Shown here piece by piece: positions 55,558 to 64,000 of a DNA stretch of 64,000 bases. Both the position numbers and the translations under genes were made by a program. Origin of the DNA: Candidatus Magasanikiibacteriota bacterium (lineage in GTDB: Bacteria > Patescibacteriota > Patescibacteriia > Magasanikbacterales > GWA2-37-8); NCBI GenBank assembly GCA_041678665.1, contig JBAYNU010000001.1, positions 80,996-144,995 on the forward strand, given 5' to 3'. Below the pieces are notes generated by a model. It was not told the DNA's origin and did not search any database. It saw nothing but the letters and a program-made list of their open reading frames with translations. The stretch's first letter is position 1, and the number at the start of each line of letters is the position of its first letter.

Positions 55558-57173
55558 TAAACCGGGTATTTAATTTTACTTCTAACTCCGTTACCGGAGC
55601 GGCGATTATCATATCGGCCGCTTCGTTGTTAAACAAATTTATCGGAATTGCGCGCGATCGTACTTTAGCACATGCTTTTGGCGCCGGACCAATCATGGAC
55701 GCTTACTACGCCGCCTTTAAAATTCCAGATCTTATTTATAATTTGCTGGTAGTAGGCGCTCTTACCGCCGGATTTATTCCGATTTTTACTAAACTTTTTC
55801 AAAAAGACGGCAATAAACAACCCGCTTGGAATTTGGCTAATAACGTCTTAAATATTATCGGAACAAGCCTAATCTTATTATCTTTGATTGGAATAATTTT
55901 TGCAATACCACTTAGTAAAGTTATCGCGCTCGGCATGCCAACAGAAAATCAAAATTTGGTAGCAATGTTTATTCGAGTAATGTTTATCTCTCCGGTGCTA
56001 CTAGGAATCTCGATGGTGGTAGGCGGCATACTACAATCTCTGCGAAAATTTGTACTTTATTCATTGGCACCGATATTTTACAATCTGGGTATTATAATCG
56101 GGGTATGGTTTTTGGTTCCGACCGTTGGGTTGATTGGTTTGCCGATAGGGGTGGCTTTGGGTGCTTTTATGCATTGCGCTTTACAAATTTATGGAGCATA
56201 CAATGCCGGCTGGCGGTGGCACTGGCGATTTAATTTAAAAGATCGCGACACCCTCACTATCGGAAAATTAATGATCCCACGTACTATAGGATTAGCAATT
56301 TCCAATCTTAACAATATCATCACTACCATCCTAGCTTCAATTTTGCCAATTGGGGCAATTGCCACTTATAACTACGCTGATAACTTGCAATGGGTACCAA
56401 TCGGCATCATTGGCATACCATTTGCGCTGGCGGTATTTCCGGTATTGTCAGAAAAAGCATCGGCCAATGATAACGCGGGATTTGTAAATAATTTAATGAA
56501 TACGGTACGCCAGATTTTGTTTTTAATTATTCCGCTATCGGTAATCTTTATGCTTTTACGAGCACAAATTGTCCGCGTAATTTTGGGCTCTGGAAATTTT
56601 GATTGGACCGCCACTATCAATACCGCCGATGCGTTAGCTTTTTTTTCTCTCGGACTTTTTGCACAAGCACTTGTCCCTGTCCTCACACGTGCTTTTTACG
56701 CTTTAGAAAACACTAAAACGCCTTTTATTATTGGAATGATTTCTGTATTAGTAAATATTAGCGCCTCACTTTTATTAATGAATAAATTGGGCATTTCTGG
56801 GTTAGCGCTAGCGGCTTCGATTGGAGCAATTATCAATATGATTCTATTATTTATTACTTTACGCAACAAAACCAAGGGATTAGATGAATTACGCTTACTT
56901 AATTCATTATGGAAAATATCCCTAGCCGGGCTAATAATGGCAGTGGTGGTACAGGCGCTTAAGTATCCGTTGGCCGATTGGTTTAACTTAGATTATTTTT
57001 GGGGAATCTTTGGTCAAGGGGCAGTGGCTGGAACAACTGGACTGATTGTATATTTTTTGGTATGCTGGGGCCTGAAATCCGAAGAATTTTTGGCATTAAA
57101 AAATTCGTTTAAAAAACGCTGGCTGAAAACTGAGAACGTTCCAGTAGAAATAGAAACGGAGACCAGAAATTAA
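55554..57173 (+). CDS. murJ: Lipid II flippase MurJ (MviN)
   Basis: 539 aa, 14 TM helices. The N-terminal DAYYAAFKIPDLIYNLLVVGALTAGFIPIF is the MurJ signature. Confidence 0.85.
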   Translation: MINRVFNFTSNSVTGAAIIISAASLLNKFIGIARDRTLAHAFGAGPIMDAYYAAFKIPDLIYNLLVVGALTAGFIPIFTKLFQKDGNKQPAWNLANNVLNIIGTSLILLSLIGIIFAIPLSKVIALGMPTENQNLVAMFIRVMFISPVLLGISMVVGGILQSLRKFVLYSLAPIFYNLGIIIGVWFLVPTVGLIGLPIGVALGAFMHCALQIYGAYNAGWRWHWRFNLKDRDTLTIGKLMIPRTIGLAISNLNNIITTILASILPIGAIATYNYADNLQWVPIGIIGIPFALAVFPVLSEKASANDNAGFVNNLMNTVRQILFLIIPLSVIFMLLRAQIVRVILGSGNFDWTATINTADALAFFSLGLFAQALVPVLTRAFYALENTKTPFIIGMISVLVNISASLLLMNKLGISGLALAASIGAIINMILLFITLRNKTKGLDELRLLNSLWKISLAGLIMAVVVQALKYPLADWFNLDYFWGIFGQGAVAGTTGLIVYFLVCWGLKSEEFLALKNSFKKRWLKTENVPVEIETETRN

Positions 57174-57182
57174 ATTATTAAA

Positions 57183-58994
57183 ATGAACGATCAAATTCGA
57201 AACTTCTGTATTATTGCGCATATTGATCACGGGAAAAGCACTCTCGCGGATCGCTTCTTGGAATTAACCAAAACTGTGAGTAAGCGTGATATGAAATCGC
57301 AAATTTTAGATAGCATGGACTTAGAACGCGAACGTGGGATTACTATAAAATTAACACCGGTAAGAATGAACTACTCCCTACTCTCTAAATCCTATACTCT
57401 CAACCTCATCGATACTCCTGGGCATGTAGATTTTAATTATGAAGTATCCCGTTCCTTGGCCGCTGTAGAGGGTGCAATTATTTTGGTTGACGCTACTCAA
57501 GGCGTGCAAGCCCAAACTATTGGTAACTTATATTTAGCTTTGGAACAGAATCTAAAAATTATCCCGGTGATAAATAAAATTGACCTACCTATTGCCAATG
57601 TAGAAAAAACTAAAGCAGAAATTATTCACCTTATCGGCTGTAAAGAAGAAGAAATAATTTTGTGTTCAGCTAAAACCGGACAGGGAGTAGAAGAAATATT
57701 ACAAACAGTTATCAAGTGTGTTCCTCCACCCCAAGATAATTCTGTTAATCAGACCCGCGCGCTAATTTTTGACTCTCTTTATGATGAGTATCGCGGAGTG
57801 GTGGCAGCGGTAAGAATTGTGGACGGTGAAATTAAAAAAGGTGATAAAATTTATTTGATGTCCACTTTCGCTCCGGCCGAAGTATTGGAAATCGGTTATT
57901 ATTCTCCCAAATTCTCTCCTCAGCCAAAACTTAGCAACGGTGAAATCGGCTACATCGTTACCGGATTAAAACAAGTTACCGACTGCCGAGTGGGCGACAC
58001 TATTACTTTATATAATAAAGAAAAAAGTACCGGCTTCGCCGCTACCGCCCTACCGGGATACAAAGAAGTCAAAGCCATGGTATTTGCTGGTATTTTCCCC
58101 AAAGAAGGAGATGCTTATGGAGAATTACGCGATGCCATTGAAAAGTTAAAATTAAGTGATTCTTCTTTATTCTTTGAACCCGAACATTCACATGCATTGG
58201 GATTCGGATTCCGTTGCGGTTTTCTCGGCATGCTACATTTGGATATTTTTCAAGAACGTTTAAAACGCGAGTTTGATATTGATATCATTATTACCGTACC
58301 TAGTGTTGCTTACCACATTATAAAAACCAACGGCGAAAAACTTACTGTCAAAAGTCCTCAAGCCATGCCTGATCCGGTACAACTCCAGGAAGTGTCGGAA
58401 CCTTGGATGACTTTAGATATTATCACCCCCAAAGATTACGTGGGTGCCATTATGGGATTGGTTTCCGAACGTAAGGGTCGATATATCAATACTGAATATT
58501 TAAGCACCGGTGCCGATCAGAGAGCCCTACTTCATTATGAAATTCCTCTAGCATCACTAATCACGGACTTCTACGACAAACTCAAAACCGTTACTTCTGG
58601 TTACGCAAGTATGAACTACGAATATACAAACTATGAATCAACTGACGTGGTAAAACTAGATATTGCGGTAGCCGATGAGCCAGTGGAAGAATTATCCACT
58701 TTGGTATGGCGTGATGAGGCCTATAAAACCGGTAAAAAAATTGTGGAATCACTCAAAGACAGTTTGCCCAAACAACAATTTGTGATAAAATTACAAGCAA
58801 CCATTGGCGGCAAAGTGATTGCGGCCGAACGCTTATCCGCTCTTCGTAAAGATGTTTTGGCAAAAATGAGTGGTGGAGACTACACTCGCAAAATGAAATT
58901 ACTGCAAAAACAAAAAAAAGGTAAAAAACGTATGTTATCGCATGGCAAAGTGGATATTCCAACGGAAACTTACCTGGCGGTGTTGAAACGGTAA
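57183..58994 (+). CDS. lepA: Elongation factor 4 (LepA)
   Basis: IRNFCIIAHIDHGKSTLADR G1 motif, DTPGHVDF, NKIDLP. The LepA-specific C-terminal domain and 603-aa length fit. Confidence 0.95.
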   Translation: MNDQIRNFCIIAHIDHGKSTLADRFLELTKTVSKRDMKSQILDSMDLERERGITIKLTPVRMNYSLLSKSYTLNLIDTPGHVDFNYEVSRSLAAVEGAIILVDATQGVQAQTIGNLYLALEQNLKIIPVINKIDLPIANVEKTKAEIIHLIGCKEEEIILCSAKTGQGVEEILQTVIKCVPPPQDNSVNQTRALIFDSLYDEYRGVVAAVRIVDGEIKKGDKIYLMSTFAPAEVLEIGYYSPKFSPQPKLSNGEIGYIVTGLKQVTDCRVGDTITLYNKEKSTGFAATALPGYKEVKAMVFAGIFPKEGDAYGELRDAIEKLKLSDSSLFFEPEHSHALGFGFRCGFLGMLHLDIFQERLKREFDIDIIITVPSVAYHIIKTNGEKLTVKSPQAMPDPVQLQEVSEPWMTLDIITPKDYVGAIMGLVSERKGRYINTEYLSTGADQRALLHYEIPLASLITDFYDKLKTVTSGYASMNYEYTNYESTDVVKLDIAVADEPVEELSTLVWRDEAYKTGKKIVESLKDSLPKQQFVIKLQATIGGKVIAAERLSALRKDVLAKMSGGDYTRKMKLLQKQKKGKKRMLSHGKVDIPTETYLAVLKR

Positions 58995-59060
58995 TCCTAA
59001 GGAGTAAAAAATACTCCACAAATTACTCCTTATTCTTTATTCTTTACTCCTTTTATATGC
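58990..59060. repeat. AG-rich mini-repeat family copy (intergenic) with GGAGTA-aaaaa-TACTCC hairpin
   Basis: taaggagtaaaaaatactccacaaattactccttattctttattctttactcctttta. It shares TTCTTTACTCCTTT with the intragenic copies in ppsA and cca. Confidence 0.55.
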
Positions 59061-59153
59061 GTCACAAAACCATCAAATCTCTCTGGGTATTGGTAGCAGT
59101 TATCGGAATAATTGCGATGATCTTCTTTACCATCATGCCGGCATTTTATTAAT

Positions 59154-59546
59154 ATGCAAATTTTACGTAAGTACCAACTAGACATTATCTTTCTTTTTTT
59201 TGCTCTCCTACTTATCGGCTGGACAATGTTTTATTTCCTCCAATCATTGGGGGTTGACCCACACAACTATGAGTGGCATATTATTGCTCCACTTTTGACT
59301 GTTTATACTATCAACTTAATACGCGTACGCTCGACCATCGCCATTGCCGACCGCCGTTATCTCACCGGTAAATCTCTCGCCTATTGGATTACCTTAGGAA
59401 TAATATTTTTTGCCTCTTACGAAACTCCCATCCCAGCTTCGGACTACTGGTCAATCAACACACTTTTTTTGGTCTTCACTCTCTTTCTCGCAGATAGCTA
59501 CTGGGATTTTAAAAGATTAACAATAAAAAATTTATTCAAAAAATAA
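59154..59546 (+). CDS. Small multi-pass membrane protein, unknown function
   Basis: 130 aa, ~4 predicted TM helices. Confidence 0.45.
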   Translation: MQILRKYQLDIIFLFFALLLIGWTMFYFLQSLGVDPHNYEWHIIAPLLTVYTINLIRVRSTIAIADRRYLTGKSLAYWITLGIIFFASYETPIPASDYWSINTLFLVFTLFLADSYWDFKRLTIKNLFKK

Positions 59547-59554
59547 AATATACT

Positions 59555-61366
59555 GTGAAAAAATGGATTACACAACCACTGCCACCAAAAGAATTTACCT
59601 CCGCACATCCAGAATTACCCGCCATCGCTACGCGGCTTCTTTGGAATAGAAATTTGCGCACCCCCGAACAAATTGATGAATTTTTAAATCCGGATTATAC
59701 ATCCGATATTCATGATCCGTTTTTATTCCGCGACATGGAAAAAGCTGTGACGATTATTTTTGACGCCATTAAAAATAAACAAAATATCACTGTACATGGC
59801 GATTATGACGCCGATGGTGTATGCGCTAGTGTTATTTTAATTCAAACGCTTTTAAAACTTGGCGCCAAGCCATTTACTGAAAAAGAAAATACCGAGGGCA
59901 CGCGCGTATTTCTCCCCCACCGCGAGATTGATGGCTATGGACTAAACACCAACACCGTTAAGCATCTACACAAAAAACACAAAACAAATTTAATTATCAC
60001 CTGCGATTGCGGGGTAAGTAATTTGGAAGAAATAAAACTAACTAAAGAATTAGGAATGAAGATTATTATTACCGATCATCATGCTGTACCGGCAGAAATT
60101 CCACTCGCCGATGCCATCATTCACCCCAAATTACCAAACGAACCATATCCGGACAAGGGGCTATGCGGCGCGGGGGTGGCGTTTAAACTGGCCCAAGCGC
60201 TACTTAAAAAATATTGTTCACAAACCAATGGCAAACTTTCGAGTGAAGAATCGTGCGAAGGGTTTGAAAAATGGCTCTTGGATTTGGTAGCAATAGCTAC
60301 GATTGGAGATATGGTGCCTTTAATTGGTGAAAGCCGCACTCTCACTCGCTATGGTCTCACAGTATTAAATAAAACCAAAAATCTTGGATTAAAAGAACTG
60401 TATGCTGTGGCCGGCATAGTTGACGAAAATGGTAAATTTAAACACGCCTGCGATCCACACACCGTTGGCTTTCAAATTGTGCCCCGCCTCAATGCCGCCG
60501 GCCGCATGGAACATGCCACTGTGGCTTTTGAACTACTTATGGCTCCCGATCAAAAATCCGCCCAAAAATTAGCCGAACAATTAAACAAAAACAATTCTGA
60601 TCGACAAAAGCTGACCGAACAAATTGTTAAATCTGCCCACGAACAGATAGAATCAACCAATCAAAAAAGTAATCCCATTTTATTTGTTTTTGACGAAAAG
60701 TGGACAACGGGTATTTTAGGGCTAGTGGCCGGTAAACTAAAGGATGAATTTTATAAACCGGTTTTCGTACTTGGCAAAAACGCCGAAGGGAATATTGTTG
60801 GATCAAGTCGTGGTATTTCGGAATTCAATATAATCGTCGCTTTGCAATCCATGCCGGAATATTTTATAAAATTTGGCGGACATCCACAGGCGGCCGGACT
60901 CTCAATAAAAGACAACGCCACTTTGGAAAACTTTAAGGCCGCAATTATCGCCCGCGCCCAAAAAGAACTCTCCGGAGTGGAGCTGGTTCCACAAATCGAA
61001 ATTGATGCCGAGGTTGACTTGGAAAATGTAAACTGGAAACTTTATAATCTACTACAAAAATTTGAACCATTCGGCATGAATAACCCCGAGCCAACCTATG
61101 GTGCTTGCGGTCTCACGCTCGTTTCCGCCGATCCGGTGGGACAAGACGGAAAACATCTACGCCTCATGGTAAAACACAATTCTCACACGGTACATAAAAC
61201 CATCGCTTTTGGCTTTGGCGACACCAACCGTCATCCCGCCGATTGGAAAAAAACCCTTAAACCAGGTGATAAAATTGACTTAGCTTTTACTATCGATGTA
61301 AACGAGTGGAATGGCAATCGCGAATTGGAATTAAAAATAGAAGACATAAAAAAAGCACAAAATTAA
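59555..61366 (+). CDS. recJ: Single-stranded-DNA-specific exonuclease RecJ
   Basis: DHH motifs (HGDYDADGVCAS, ITDHH), DHHA1 (GGHPQAAG) and C-terminal OB-fold region. 603 aa. Confidence 0.85.
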   Translation: MKKWITQPLPPKEFTSAHPELPAIATRLLWNRNLRTPEQIDEFLNPDYTSDIHDPFLFRDMEKAVTIIFDAIKNKQNITVHGDYDADGVCASVILIQTLLKLGAKPFTEKENTEGTRVFLPHREIDGYGLNTNTVKHLHKKHKTNLIITCDCGVSNLEEIKLTKELGMKIIITDHHAVPAEIPLADAIIHPKLPNEPYPDKGLCGAGVAFKLAQALLKKYCSQTNGKLSSEESCEGFEKWLLDLVAIATIGDMVPLIGESRTLTRYGLTVLNKTKNLGLKELYAVAGIVDENGKFKHACDPHTVGFQIVPRLNAAGRMEHATVAFELLMAPDQKSAQKLAEQLNKNNSDRQKLTEQIVKSAHEQIESTNQKSNPILFVFDEKWTTGILGLVAGKLKDEFYKPVFVLGKNAEGNIVGSSRGISEFNIIVALQSMPEYFIKFGGHPQAAGLSIKDNATLENFKAAIIARAQKELSGVELVPQIEIDAEVDLENVNWKLYNLLQKFEPFGMNNPEPTYGACGLTLVSADPVGQDGKHLRLMVKHNSHTVHKTIAFGFGDTNRHPADWKKTLKPGDKIDLAFTIDVNEWNGNRELELKIEDIKKAQN

Positions 61367-61368
61367 AA

Positions 61369-61396
61369 ATCGTAGATAAATATCTACGATTTTATC
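61369..61396 (+). terminator. Rho-independent terminator after recJ
   Basis: ATCGTAGATA-aa-TATCTACGAT perfect 10-bp stem followed by TTTAT. Confidence 0.6.
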
Positions 61397-61410
61397 GCTA
61401 ATTATTATAT

Positions 61411-61662
61411 TTACAACACCGTTGGTGTTGTTTTTTGTTTGGCCTTATTCATTATCACCACATGCAATATAAAAGCTAAAAGGAAGAAACAAGCGCCATA
61501 AAAACAAGGCGTCAGAAATGGATTGACTACCCCGATTGCGCAACCGGTAGTACAAGCACGCTTGTTAAGCCAATCGTTTAATTCTATGCCAAAATTACTC
61601 CAGGCAAAGATTGTTCCGCTAAGCAAAATTACAAATTGAACCCAAAATAATTTTTTTAACAT
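61411..61662 (-). CDS. Small Cys-rich membrane protein (possible VKOR/DsbB-like thiol oxidoreductase fragment)
   Basis: 83 aa, two TM helices flanking RACTTGCAIG...TPCFYGAC (four Cys). Confidence 0.3.
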   Translation of the reverse strand: MLKKLFWVQFVILLSGTIFAWSNFGIELNDWLNKRACTTGCAIGVVNPFLTPCFYGACFFLLAFILHVVIMNKAKQKTTPTVL

Positions 61663-61716
61663 AAAAATTATAAGATACTAAAATAAAAACGCCAATGATG
61701 ACGTTTTTATTTAAAA

Positions 61717-62028
61717 TTATTTTTTCTTGATATCTTTTTCTAGCTCACGCCATTTCTTCCGCAATTGACGAATCAACTGATCTTTCATATCTTCAGCTAA
61801 TTCTTTTTTAGTACTATATTCAGCTACCGCCCGCTCTACCAAAGCATCCCACATTTCTTGGGTTGGTCCTTCTAATTTTTTTATACTCTCTTTAAGTTCA
61901 TTATAAAGCGGATTCAAGTGCTCCATTAATTTGGCGCGCATTTCTTTGCCTTTAGGAGTCGCATTAAGCCACATCAATCCGGCGCCCAAAAGTCCACCAA
62001 ATAATAAGCCTCTTTTAAAATTACCCAT
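61717..62028 (-). CDS. YtxH-like protein
   Basis: N-terminal Gly-rich helix GLLFGGLLGAGLMWL, then a charged helical region. Resembles the YtxH/DUF948 stress-protein family. Confidence 0.45.
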   Translation of the reverse strand: MGNFKRGLLFGGLLGAGLMWLNATPKGKEMRAKLMEHLNPLYNELKESIKKLEGPTQEMWDALVERAVAEYSTKKELAEDMKDQLIRQLRKKWRELEKDIKKK

Positions 62029-62050
62029 ACATTTAACTTAAATATATTAA

Positions 62051-62887
62051 CTAACTGCCGCATTCGGCACTAGCATTTCCCGATCCAACGCCGGCGCCAA
62101 ATCCGGCTGAAGCCGAGGTAGAATTTAACACCTGAGAACATTCGGAAGGGGCGCCGTTAAACGCGGCGCACACTACTTGCTTTATTGCCTCTGGTGATCG
62201 GCCTGAATCAACCTGGTTGCCATTTATCACCAAAGTCGGAGACCCCTGCACTCCATATTTATTATTCAAATCTTGATGAATCGGATACACCGGATAAAGT
62301 CCGGATAACCAAGTGCTTTTGTCATTATATTTATCTAATATACCAAACTTTTTATTGGTGCTGTCCACGCAGGCATTCAGCTTGCTCACACTAACTCCAA
62401 CTGATGATAAACACGACTGATAATCTCCACTTACAGTAAAACAGTCCGCATAAGCCAAATACTTGTTGGCTTGCTCGGTTTCAATACAATACTGGCGAGT
62501 ATTTTCTTCTACCTCTGGTAAATCATGCATTGCGTAAGAAACAAACTTAATACTAAAATCCGCTTTACCTTGGAGTAAATTCCATACCGGAGTAAACGCT
62601 TTTTGCATCTGAAGCCCATAAGGACAATAAGACATAATGAATAACTCCACTTGCGGCTTATCAGATTTAGTGACAACCGGAATAGTTTCCGACTGCTGTT
62701 GGTTTAACTGAGCGTTATTATTCGCGCCACCAGTAACTGCACTGTTCGCATTCTTGTAACCAAAATTTATGAATAACATTATAATAAAACCGATCGTGCC
62801 GATAATTAAAAGCCCGGCCACTGCTCCTACCACTAATGCACTTTTTGGTTCCAAGGAAGCAAAAAAAGTTTTCTTTTCTTCTGACAT
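62051..62887 (-). CDS. Membrane-anchored thioredoxin-fold protein (DsbA-like), atypical CPYG active-site region
   Basis: N-terminal TM helix. QVELFIMSYCPYG at the position of the Trx-fold CxxC (second Cys replaced by Gly). Several additional Cys. Confidence 0.4.
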   Translation of the reverse strand: MSEEKKTFFASLEPKSALVVGAVAGLLIIGTIGFIIMLFINFGYKNANSAVTGGANNNAQLNQQQSETIPVVTKSDKPQVELFIMSYCPYGLQMQKAFTPVWNLLQGKADFSIKFVSYAMHDLPEVEENTRQYCIETEQANKYLAYADCFTVSGDYQSCLSSVGVSVSKLNACVDSTNKKFGILDKYNDKSTWLSGLYPVYPIHQDLNNKYGVQGSPTLVINGNQVDSGRSPEAIKQVVCAAFNGAPSECSQVLNSTSASAGFGAGVGSGNASAECGS

Positions 62888-63024
62888 AATCTAATAATAT
62901 TAAAATTAAATTTTAATTAATAAATTTTGGCTAAAATTTGGTAAAAATTTATATTAGCCTACTATTTAATACTGTAATTCTATCACATCATCACAATGCG
63001 TCAAGTGGATAAATAAAAAAATTT

Positions 63025-63366
63025 CTAATCTCTGACTTCTGATTTTTTATTTTCTAAGGCCATACCCCTAATAATCTTGGTTATTTTTTTATCCATTCTT
63101 TCCACTTTAACCATTAATTTAAAAAATAAGAAAAACAATAACGCCAAAGCTAAATATACTACCGCATCGGCACCGCGACCCACACCTAGTAGATGCGCAA
63201 AATACATGGTCGAATCCGGTTCAAACGCCACTACCCCTACCAGCATCCAAAATATCAACCAAAAAATTAACCAGCTTAAGGTGATGTCACCGCCACGATA
63301 ACGAGAAACTACTTTGATCACTGCCAGAAGACAAAACAAAATTAGAATAATTTGAATAAGAAACAT
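63025..63366 (-). CDS. DUF2304-like small membrane protein
   Basis: 113 aa, 3 TM helices and a basic C-terminus. Located directly downstream of a GT2 gene, the usual DUF2304 context. Confidence 0.45.
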   Translation of the reverse strand: MFLIQIILILFCLLAVIKVVSRYRGGDITLSWLIFWLIFWMLVGVVAFEPDSTMYFAHLLGVGRGADAVVYLALALLFFLFFKLMVKVERMDKKITKIIRGMALENKKSEVRD

Positions 63367-63390
63367 ATTCTGAATTTATAATATTTATTT

Positions 63391-63999
63391 TTATTTAATA
63401 AACCAATCAACTACCAGATCTTTTACTATATTTACCCCTTCTCCAATCCCCTGCCCGAATTCATGATAACGCACTTCCACCGGAAATTCTACAAATTTTA
63501 GATGATATTTTTTAATCTGACGAACAATTTCACTATTATGCGCCATACCAGCTTGGGTAATTCTAATTTTTTCCAAAGCAGGGCGCGACAAGACCCGAAA
63601 ACCATTATGCGCATCGGTGAGTAATACGCCGGTAAACATAAAATTTATCCACCTGCTGACCGGTAAAATAATATAACGTTTAACCCAAGGCACTTGCGAA
63701 CGATTGTCCAAAAAACGCGAACCCAACACTACGTCAGCTTGATTACTTTTAATGATATCAATCGCCCCGCTAATATCCGCTGGATTAAACTGATCATCGG
63801 CATCAAAATGTACCACCGCCTGAGCGCCGTGATGACAAGCGAAATCGTCACCGGTTTGAAGCGCTGACCCTTGCCCACAATTTGCACTATGACAAACAAC
63901 CTGCGCTCCAGCACGCCTAGCAATATCAGCAGTATTATCAGTCGACCCATCATCCACCACTAAAACATTGCGCCATCCTTGTTCAAAAAGGCCGCGCAC
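63391..63999 (-). CDS. Glycosyltransferase family 2 (dolichyl/polyprenyl-phosphate sugar transferase-like), 5' end beyond the window
   Basis: VVDDGSTDNTADIARRAG...VVHFDADDQ (DxD) and GSRFL GT-A motifs. The ORF is open to the window edge. Confidence 0.7.
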   Translation of the reverse strand: MRGLFEQGWRNVLVVDDGSTDNTADIARRAGAQVVCHSANCGQGSALQTGDDFACHHGAQAVVHFDADDQFNPADISGAIDIIKSNQADVVLGSRFLDNRSQVPWVKRYIILPVSRWINFMFTGVLLTDAHNGFRVLSRPALEKIRITQAGMAHNSEIVRQIKKYHLKFVEFPVEVRYHEFGQGIGEGVNIVKDLVVDWFIK

Positions 64000-64000
64000 C

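Noticed and set aside
1-64000. CRISPR array
   Set aside because: The many short repeats are irregularly spaced and palindromic, not direct repeats with uniform unique spacers. No cas genes are present.
1-64000. rRNA genes, RNase P RNA and SRP RNA
   Set aside because: I looked for the conserved cores (for example the GGAAGCAGCC of SRP RNA, the RNase P P4 region and the 16S/23S signatures) in intergenic stretches and found none.

Overview
This window is a 64 kb chromosomal segment from a low-GC (~40%), gene-dense bacterium. The gene content is consistent with a streamlined, CPR/Patescibacteria-like organism, but that is an inference and not proven here. The content is mostly core housekeeping.

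Genes I can support, in order:
- smpB followed by a tmRNA gene.
- The infC-rpmI-rplT operon.
- An M29 aminopeptidase.
- tRNA-Asp.
- A cyclophilin.
- PEP synthase (ppsA).
- A GT4 phospho-sugar transferase, tpiA, an M16 peptidase, glyQS, frr, holB and mreB.
- A DUF4012 protein paired with a processive GT2 (a polysaccharide-synthesis pair).
- murG, then the dnaG-rpoD pair.
- A MacAB-like efflux operon: membrane-fusion protein, ATPase and two FtsX permeases.
- cca, rlmN, a P-type ATPase and pilT.
- A SpoT-like HD hydrolase and tRNA-Pro.
- A large glycosylation cluster: GT4, rfbB, four consecutive GT2, a PGI/PMI-type SIS protein and an rfbD-like reductase.
- A beta-CASP MBL ribonuclease, murJ, lepA and recJ.
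- At the right end, a YtxH-like protein, a thioredoxin-like protein, a DUF2304-like protein and a partial GT2.

No rRNA, CRISPR array, transposase or phage genes are visible.

The most unusual content is non-genic. A dispersed family of palindromic repeats with TGTCAT termini occurs at 11 or more loci. Three copies sit in-frame inside rlmN (two) and the M16 peptidase (one), and one copy supplies the stop of the rfbD-like gene. A second short motif (AAAGGAGTAAGGAATAAA) is inserted in-frame in both ppsA and cca. Several other small intergenic repeat families are present.

Other notable points:
- Two GC-rich islands (M29 aminopeptidase; a 112-aa ORF) that look horizontally acquired.
- ppsA carries an in-frame C-terminal extension with a signal-peptide-like segment and about 170 further residues.
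- A candidate small RNA with a perfect-consensus sigma70 promoter feeding directly into a 17-bp hairpin.
- A sugar-transferase gene broken by a frameshift.
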